DNA of 64,000 nucleotides from Chthoniobacteraceae bacterium (lineage in GTDB: Bacteria > Verrucomicrobiota > Verrucomicrobiia > Chthoniobacterales > Chthoniobacteraceae). Positions within the stretch are counted from its first letter, which is position 1; every line of letters starts with the position of its first letter. Below are positions 57,545 to 64,000 of the stretch, one piece after another. A program made the translations under genes and the position numbers. The notes under the pieces were generated by a model. The model was not told the origin of the DNA and searched no databases. It saw only the letters and a program-made list of their open reading frames with translations. The stretch is from the NCBI GenBank assembly GCA_031409335.1, contig JANNWY010000212.1:1-64000 (forward strand), in the 5' to 3' direction.

Positions 57545-58471
57545 TCAGGGCTGCGACGCCGTCTGACGCCGCGCGGGGAATTCGGCTGGCTTTCCGTCCG
57601 CCGGATGATCGAATCCATACGTCAGCAGCAGCTTGCTATCCTCCCAAATCCCCGGCTTGTCCGAGTGCATAATCACCGCGATCACCTCGCGATTTTCCCG
57701 CAGCGCCGCGCTCGCCAGCACCTGTTGCGCGGGGCGCGTGTAGCCCGTTTTCACCCCGATGCAGCCGGGGAATTGCGTCAGCAGCCGGTTGTGATTTCGC
57801 AGCGGATGCGAGGAAAAACTCGTCACCCACGGATGCTCCATCGTCGCCACGATGCGGCGGAAATACGGCTGCTGCATCGCCGCGCGCGCGATCAGCACGA
57901 GATCGCGCGGCGTGGTGAAATGATCCTTGTCGTGCAGCCCATGCGGATTGCGGAAACTCGTCCCCGTCGCGCCCAGTTCCCGCGCGCGCACCGTCATCTT
58001 TAGCCCAAATGCCTCGACGCTTCCCGCGTTATCACGACCCAGCGAATGCGCCACATCGTTCGCACTTTTCAGCATCAAACCGTAAAGCATCTGCCGCCGC
58101 GTATAACGTTCGCCGGGGCGAATGTTCAGACTGCTTTCGCCAACGTTCGCGTCCTCATCGGTGATCTCCACCTCGCGATCCAGATCGCCCGCCTCGATCA
58201 CCAGCAGCGCCGTCATGATCTTCGTCGTGCTGGCCGGATACTGCGGTTCGTCCGCGTTTTTTTCGTAAAGCGAGCGGCCCGTCAGACTGTCCATCACGAT
58301 CGCGCCCTTCGCCGCGAGCGGCAGTTCGCCAGGAGCGAGTTGGTGAAAATTGCGCGTCGGGATCGCGGGCTTCGGCGTCGCCTTCGGCACCGCTTTTTTC
58401 GGCGGAGCCGCGCCACACGTCGCCGCGCAGATCAACAGGATGGTCGCGACGCTACGAAACGACATTCCCAT
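57545..58471 (-). CDS. D-alanyl-D-alanine carboxypeptidase (peptidase S11)
   Basis: STTK, SAN, KTG, NPHGL. Confidence 0.93.
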   Translation of the reverse strand: MGMSFRSVATILLICAATCGAAPPKKAVPKATPKPAIPTRNFHQLAPGELPLAAKGAIVMDSLTGRSLYEKNADEPQYPASTTKIMTALLVIEAGDLDREVEITDEDANVGESSLNIRPGERYTRRQMLYGLMLKSANDVAHSLGRDNAGSVEAFGLKMTVRARELGATGTSFRNPHGLHDKDHFTTPRDLVLIARAAMQQPYFRRIVATMEHPWVTSFSSHPLRNHNRLLTQFPGCIGVKTGYTRPAQQVLASAALRENREVIAVIMHSDKPGIWEDSKLLLTYGFDHPADGKPAEFPARRQTASQP

Positions 58472-59675
58472 CGATCATCATCCACGGCACAGGCCGCGTG
58501 TAAGAAATGATTTCCTCATGCAAGGTCGCGACGCTACCGGACACCGGAATCGCGATCAAGTCGGCCAGCGCACCCGGCGCGATTTTTCCCAGATCATTTC
58601 CCAAATGCAGCGCGCGCGCCGGATTCACCGTCACCGTCCGCAGCAATTGCTCCGGCGTCAGCCACGGATTCGTCTTTTGCAAACCGCGCAGCTCGTCCAG
58701 CAGGCTCAGCGAATTCGTGCTCGCGAGACTGTCCGTCGCCACGCAGATATTCACCCCGAGATCGTGCAGTCGGCGATATTGGAAAGGCGTGTGCTGGAAA
58801 TAGCGATGGCTGCCCGGACAATGGACGATGTGCGGCCCGCTGCCGCGCGGCAGACTCCCTAGAATGTCGAAATCCTCATCCACGAGTTCATTCATGTGGA
58901 CCAAAATCCACGACGCATCGATCGCCCCGCTGCGCCACAAATAGCTGAACGGCGAATGCCCCCCGCAATCCGCCATCGGTCGCTGCAACCCCTCCAAAAA
59001 CTCGAACAACGGCCCCGATTTATCGCTGAACATTTCAAACTCCTCGCGCGACTCCGCCACATGCGTCGTCAGCGGCATCGCCAGCTGCGCCGAGCACTCC
59101 CGCGCCAGCCGGTATAGCGTCGCCGAAGCCGTGTAAGGCGCGTGCGGACTCAGCCCAAAAAAATCCAGCGCCCGCGTCCGCGCCGCGAAAAAACTCAGCG
59201 CCCCCGCCAGCGCGCGCTCGGTCGGCAGGCGGTGGCGGATGTCGATCATCTCGTGAAACCACCACGTCCGCAGCGGCGACGGCGGCAGCCGCAGCATCAA
59301 CTCGGGAAACGATTCGATATTCCCAATCGTCGTCGTCCCCCACTTCTTCGACTCCGCAAAACCTTTCCCAATCGCCGCCAGATAATCGTCATCATCCAGA
59401 CTCCGCTTCAGCGCATTGATCCGCTTCACCCAGGCCGTGAAACTCTTCGGCGGATCAATCGCATGCCGCATCATGGAGTAGTCGAGATGGCAATGCGCAT
59501 TGATGAGCCCCGGCAGCAAAACCACCTCGCCGAGATCGGTGACCTCCCCCGGATGCTCCGCCCGGATCTCCGCCACCCCGCCTACCGCCACGATCCGATT
59601 CGCCTCCATCACGACCGCGCCATCTTCGATCGGCGGGCCTTCGATGGGCAAAACAGTGCGTGCGCGGAAAATCAT
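58452..59675 (-). CDS. Amidohydrolase family protein (deaminase-like)
   Basis: PGLINAHCH, SPHAPY, THVAES, HCPGS, ATDS, ADLIA. Confidence 0.92.
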   Translation of the reverse strand: MIFRARTVLPIEGPPIEDGAVVMEANRIVAVGGVAEIRAEHPGEVTDLGEVVLLPGLINAHCHLDYSMMRHAIDPPKSFTAWVKRINALKRSLDDDDYLAAIGKGFAESKKWGTTTIGNIESFPELMLRLPPSPLRTWWFHEMIDIRHRLPTERALAGALSFFAARTRALDFFGLSPHAPYTASATLYRLARECSAQLAMPLTTHVAESREEFEMFSDKSGPLFEFLEGLQRPMADCGGHSPFSYLWRSGAIDASWILVHMNELVDEDFDILGSLPRGSGPHIVHCPGSHRYFQHTPFQYRRLHDLGVNICVATDSLASTNSLSLLDELRGLQKTNPWLTPEQLLRTVTVNPARALHLGNDLGKIAPGALADLIAIPVSGSVATLHEEIISYTRPVPWMMIDGNVVS

Positions 59676-59831
59676 GCCGGGGAATGAACGGGAAAGATTC
59701 GCGAATGGCCAGTGAGCAATGAACCGCGCGCCTGACGAACCTGCTTCCGAACGCGAAGACGCAAAGACGCAAGTTCCTTTCGTCAGGCAGTGGATTCCTT
59801 TCGCGAGGAGTCCGATTCCTCGTGTCTTGAG

Positions 59832-62729
59832 CTAAGGGCCGTGGATCGTCAGCCCCGGCCGCGCCGCCCGCAGCACCGCCACCCCCTCCTGGCTCACTCC
59901 CGTACAGCCGTCGAGCCAGAGCTCTTGCAGAGAAGCCAGCGCGAACAGCGGCTGAAGGTCGCTCACGCTCGTGCAGAAGCGGAGGTCGAGCCATCCCCAT
60001 CCCAGTGAAGCCAGCATACGCAGTGGGCCGAGGTCGCGCACTTCTGTGCAGCCGGCGAGGTCGAGCCCTTGCAGGGAAGCCAGGGCACTCAGCGGATGGA
60101 GGTCACTCACCCCCGTGCAGCCGGAAAGGGAAAGATCTCGCAGGGAAGCCAGCGCGTGCAACGGATGGAGATGGTTCACACCCGTGCAGCCGGTGAGGTG
60201 GATTCTCTCCGGACGGAGTGCAGCGGCGGCTTCGAGGGCGGGGGTCCGATACACGCTGCCGGCGACGATGAGGGACCGGGCGATGTTCCAGTTTCCACTA
60301 AACGCCGCGATGTGGGCCTTCCACAGGCTGCTCCAAATCTTTGCGCGCTGCGTGTCGTCGAGGGTCACTTCCTGGTCGATCGAGATGCCGGCGAGGAGTC
60401 GCGCGGCGGTGATGGGCATCCACTGCTTGCCTTTCTTCGGCTCGGTGGCGAGTTGGGGGAAGGTCCAGCGCAGGATGGTGAGGGTGTCGGGCGGGCTGTG
60501 GCGCAGCTTTTCCACGAGGAAGAGCAGCGGCTCGTGCCACACGGGCAGCGCGGCCATCGCGGCGAACATCTTCTCCTCATCCTCCTTTGCGGGGACGGCG
60601 GGCGCGCCGAAGAAGCCGTCCGCAGTCCCCTGCGCCTTGTCATTCAGGATGCGGCGGAAGTCCCGCTCGAGATGGCAGGCGGCGTAGTATTCCTGAAAGG
60701 AGAGGTGGGCGAAGCCGAAGACGCCCTCGCCGAGCGGGAGCAGCAGGCCGGTGCGGTTCGCGATGTGATCGAGGAAACGGTGCAGCTCGGCGCAGGCGGC
60801 AGCGTCCTGCGCCCCGCCGAAGCGCGGGCCGAGCCATTCCTCAAGCTCCGCGCGGGTGACGAGGATTTCGGTCTTCGCCTCCTCCTCCTGCGCGCCGCGC
60901 AGCTCCTGCATCCGCATGGCGGCGATGGCTACGAAAAGCGCCCCGGGGTTGTGCGGGTCGAGCAATACCTGACGCTGCGCGTGGGCGGCGCGCGTTTTCC
61001 CTGATCTGGCGAGCAAGTCTTTCGGCAAAATTGCCCGCTGCTCCTGCATCCGCATGGCGACGATCGAGAGCAGTTCCTCCTTTTCCTCGGGCTTCCACGC
61101 GACGACGAGGGAATCCGGCAGGCGCTTATTGATGTCGATCGCGCCAAGGTAGGCGTCGGAGATGGCGGCATAGACGAGCGCGCGTCCGTTGGGCAGATGG
61201 GCCTTGTGGCGATAGAGCAGGGCGAGGAGGTAAAGGAGATTCGGCACGCGCCCGATGACGCGCGTGTGCGCATGCCGGTGGACGGCGTTGATGAAGTCTT
61301 CCGCCCGCTGCGTGCCCGCCGCTTCGCCGAGGCGGGGGCAAAACCAGTTCCCGGCGAAGGCGCGCTGCTGCGGGTCGTCAAGGGGGGTGAGGTGGAGGAG
61401 GGTGGCTTTTTCGAAGCCGTTGTGTCTTTCCATCCGGCCGTCCACGATCTTCGTGAGAAAAATGGTGGGGCGACCTTTCTCATCGGGTTCGCGGTCGTCG
61501 CGTATGAATCTACGATGCACCTCCGCCTGCTCATACCCCACAACCCGCGAGGTGACGAGCCACCGCCCCTCGGGATACTTTTCAAACCCCTCCCAGATCG
61601 CATCCCGGATGGCGGTGCGGCGCTGCGGGTCGCCGATCTCGTCGAGGCCGTCGATGAGGAAGAAGGCGCGGCCCGAGGCGAGGGTGGCGCGGAAAAGCGC
61701 GTCGTCCGCCGTGAGCGGGGCGGCGAGGGGCGCGCCCTTGCCACGATGCCGCCAATGCCGGAAGGCGGCGACGAGGGCGTCCCAAGTCCACTCCTTCACC
61801 TCCGCCGGCATGGCGGAGACGAGGTCGCGGAGGATGAAGGGCAGCGGCACCGCCCCGCGCAGCGCCTCCGCGCCGGGCGGGACGGCTTCATCGGCGAGGG
61901 TGGCGATGAGATACTGGATGACGGTGCTCTTTCCCATGCCCGGATCGGCGAGGAGGACGACGCGGGCCTTCTCCCCGGCGAGGAGCGGGAGTAGCGGCCG
62001 CGCGGGGTTTTTCTCCCGCCACACGGCATCGAACGCCTCGGGCGTGAAGTGCGCATCGGTGCAGGCGGGCTCGACGAAGAGCTTGCGGATGAGGACGGGC
62101 CGGTCCTGCTCGCCGTCCCGCACGTCGCGATCGGGGACGGGGAGGCCGAGGTTTTCGTAGGTGGCGAACTGCTCGCGGAGGTTCGCGAAGTAGCGGTGGA
62201 GCGCGTGCGACGGATCATGTCCTCCACCCGTTCCCAGCTCCTCATCTAAAACCTTGTCCGCCGCGACGAGTGCCTTCACGTTCGGCAAGTTTTTCATCTG
62301 CTTGAGCAGATCAGCCAAGTCCCAGCACTCGATTTCCGGGCCACCCGCCGCTTGCGCGAACTTCTTCGGCATTCCGGGTTTCCGGGGAAGCAGGAAGAAG
62401 ATGATGAGCCGGTCGAAGTCGTCACCAAGGCGGTGCTCGAACGCCTTATCCTTTGTGCCGGCGATCTTCCGAGCGGTCGCTTCATTGGTGACCAGCATGG
62501 CGATGCGATGCCCGCGATCACCGAGGTCGGCGGCTGGGAAATCGGCTTGCTCCGCATTGAGGTCCACGAGGTTCCAGCCCAGCAAAGCATTGAAGAACCG
62601 CGCCATGACGAACTCGAGGGTGATATTCGAGTCAGTGAAGCTCGCGCGCGTCTGCGTCTTCAACTGGTCCGCGAGGACGTTCAGCCGGCGGGCGATGTTC
62701 TTGGCGAGAGTCTCACGCTCGAAGGGCAT
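59832..62729 (-). CDS. NLR-like protein: SMEK-like N-terminus, NACHT NTPase, C-terminal LRRs
   Basis: LGWNLVDLN..ADFPAADLGD; Walker A ADPGMGKST; Walker B LIDGLDE; VTSR; FAHLSFQEY; five ~23-aa LxLxGCTxVxDLxPL repeats. Confidence 0.9.
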   Translation of the reverse strand: MPFERETLAKNIARRLNVLADQLKTQTRASFTDSNITLEFVMARFFNALLGWNLVDLNAEQADFPAADLGDRGHRIAMLVTNEATARKIAGTKDKAFEHRLGDDFDRLIIFFLLPRKPGMPKKFAQAAGGPEIECWDLADLLKQMKNLPNVKALVAADKVLDEELGTGGGHDPSHALHRYFANLREQFATYENLGLPVPDRDVRDGEQDRPVLIRKLFVEPACTDAHFTPEAFDAVWREKNPARPLLPLLAGEKARVVLLADPGMGKSTVIQYLIATLADEAVPPGAEALRGAVPLPFILRDLVSAMPAEVKEWTWDALVAAFRHWRHRGKGAPLAAPLTADDALFRATLASGRAFFLIDGLDEIGDPQRRTAIRDAIWEGFEKYPEGRWLVTSRVVGYEQAEVHRRFIRDDREPDEKGRPTIFLTKIVDGRMERHNGFEKATLLHLTPLDDPQQRAFAGNWFCPRLGEAAGTQRAEDFINAVHRHAHTRVIGRVPNLLYLLALLYRHKAHLPNGRALVYAAISDAYLGAIDINKRLPDSLVVAWKPEEKEELLSIVAMRMQEQRAILPKDLLARSGKTRAAHAQRQVLLDPHNPGALFVAIAAMRMQELRGAQEEEAKTEILVTRAELEEWLGPRFGGAQDAAACAELHRFLDHIANRTGLLLPLGEGVFGFAHLSFQEYYAACHLERDFRRILNDKAQGTADGFFGAPAVPAKEDEEKMFAAMAALPVWHEPLLFLVEKLRHSPPDTLTILRWTFPQLATEPKKGKQWMPITAARLLAGISIDQEVTLDDTQRAKIWSSLWKAHIAAFSGNWNIARSLIVAGSVYRTPALEAAAALRPERIHLTGCTGVNHLHPLHALASLRDLSLSGCTGVSDLHPLSALASLQGLDLAGCTEVRDLGPLRMLASLGWGWLDLRFCTSVSDLQPLFALASLQELWLDGCTGVSQEGVAVLRAARPGLTIHGP

Positions 62730-62838
62730 GGAGAAAGGGAGGTTGGTGCGAGCTTAGCGGGCGAAGCGAAAACCGCAGCTCGCCGTCAGGTAGGCTCATC
62801 CTGCGCGCCGTCTTAACAGGCGGCGGCTGCGCGGCCAA

Positions 62839-63423
62839 TCATTCCTTGCTCGCCTCCGCCTTCACTACCTTGCGCGCCTGCGCGACGAGGAGGTTGCACG
62901 CTTCGTGGCAGAACAGGGGAATGTTGCCCGCGTCGTCTGGCGGCGTCTGCCCATCCCAGAGGCGGCACTTTAGACAACCTGCGCAGAACGAGTCGATCAT
63001 CGTTCGCGCCTGCTCGTCGGTGATCTTTTGCGTGATGCGATACATGCCGGTCTGGCGGTCCAGCGTTTCGCGGAAAGGCACGGGGCGCAGCGCGCCGAGC
63101 AACTGGCTTTGCCACACCGCGGTCATCGCCGGATAGAAATAGTCGAGCGCCCGCCGCAGCTCATCGACGTCGCGCAAAACCAGTCGCCAGCCGTGGCGCA
63201 GATTTGGCGCGGTTTTCAGCGGGCGATAGGCTTCCGCGTCGTCGAGACTTGCGAGGTGCCGCGCCGCGTTGGCATCGTCGTGGCGCGCGAGATCGGCGCG
63301 GGAAAGATCATCCGCGTGCCGCAACTCCCAGCCGTCCGCCGTTTCCAAAACCACGATCTGCCCGATCCGGGTGCGCCCGCTTTCCAGCCACGCGGCGAGC
63401 GATTGCGTCAGCGTCTGTTTCAC
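62839..63423 (-). CDS. DR2241-like protein with Cys cluster
   Basis: YRPLKTAPNL, DYFYPA, RQTGMY, CAGCLK..CHEACN; coupled to a cbiX-like gene. Confidence 0.85.
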   Translation of the reverse strand: MKQTLTQSLAAWLESGRTRIGQIVVLETADGWELRHADDLSRADLARHDDANAARHLASLDDAEAYRPLKTAPNLRHGWRLVLRDVDELRRALDYFYPAMTAVWQSQLLGALRPVPFRETLDRQTGMYRITQKITDEQARTMIDSFCAGCLKCRLWDGQTPPDDAGNIPLFCHEACNLLVAQARKVVKAEASKE

Positions 63424-63998
63424 GCGGCGTGCAGGGCGTCAAAGGCCGCGACTTGATCAAGCACGATCTCGGCGAAGAGCGCCTCGGTGCCGATCGCGCT
63501 CGCGTAGAACAGCGTGCGCCCGCGCCGCGCATACGGATTGCCGCGAAACACTGCCGCACGATCACGACTCGCCGCACCTGGCGACTCGTCCGCGATGCCG
63601 AGCAGCACCGGGATGTCCTCATAGCTATGCAGCCCGTCGGCGATGAAGAATGGCACGACGACGACATTCGGCTGCGTGGAAAGCGCGTCCCATTTCGCGA
63701 TCAGCGGCTCCTCTTCCATGTAGGAACTCAGCACCTCGCCGTAGATGCCGCGCTCGCGAATCCGCTCCACTTCGCGCTTCGCGGCCGCGGCGGAGTTGTC
63801 GTTGAGATTCGTGCCGTGCCCGACGATGAAGAGGCTCGTCTCGCGCGGCGGAACGCCGGGAGCAATCTGCGCGGCGCGGTGCAGCAGCAGCTCCGTCATC
63901 CGCGCATGATTTCCGGCGGGCTCGCAATACTTGATGGTGCGCGCGCCGCGTCGCGTGACCGGGCCTTCCAGCTCTAGTTCGCGCGGTATGACGGTGCG
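63420..63998 (-). CDS. CbiX/SirB-type chelatase family protein, 5' end outside the window
   Basis: VIPREL, VGHGT, VVPFFIADGLH..EDIP; frame open to the window edge. Confidence 0.85.
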   Translation of the reverse strand, partial: RTVIPRELELEGPVTRRGARTIKYCEPAGNHARMTELLLHRAAQIAPGVPPRETSLFIVGHGTNLNDNSAAAAKREVERIRERGIYGEVLSSYMEEEPLIAKWDALSTQPNVVVVPFFIADGLHSYEDIPVLLGIADESPGAASRDRAAVFRGNPYARRGRTLFYASAIGTEALFAEIVLDQVAAFDALHAA

Positions 63999-64000
63999 CG

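Noticed and set aside
59745..59830. CGCGAAGACGCAAAGACGCAAG REP-like half element
   Set aside because: The complementary arm is too degenerate to call.
62839..64000. Functional link between the cbiX-like genes and B12-dependent light regulation of the rhodopsin
   Set aside because: They are about 55 kb apart and the sequence gives no evidence of a connection.

Overview
High-GC bacterial chromosome segment, most likely Verrucomicrobiota (Chthoniobacterales-like). This is inferred from the PEP-CTERM proteins, the DUF1501/planctomycete cytochrome c pair, the ECF-sigma/Ser-Thr kinase pair and the 'SxDLxxW...FFR' C-terminal domains. Housekeeping genes (aroC, valS, fabH-plsX-rpmF-yceD, coaD, sufE, pyrF, rpoN, a DD-carboxypeptidase, cbiX-like) are interleaved with accessory modules: (1) a complete proteorhodopsin + crtE-crtI-crtB-crtY-blh photosystem whose retinal-synthesis block is bracketed by two copies of a palindromic REP-like element and by short inverted ends; (2) a four-gene redox module: tetraheme cytochrome / dual cNMP-binding + 4x[4Fe-4S] protein / bis-His-pair membrane cytochrome b-like protein / decaheme cytochrome, which looks like a cyclic-nucleotide-gated transmembrane electron conduit and is the best candidate for an undescribed system; (3) a ~13 kb integrase-free island bounded by a diverged duplicate of the decaheme gene's 3' end, carrying surface proteins, a beta/gamma-crystallin, an ECF sigma and a kinase; (4) a SMEK-NACHT-LRR NLR-like protein. 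At least six families of palindromic repeats are present, and repeat-like sequence also sits in frame inside valS and the kinase. I saw no rRNA, tRNA, CRISPR array, integrase or transposase. All family assignments come from motif recognition by eye, not database searches.
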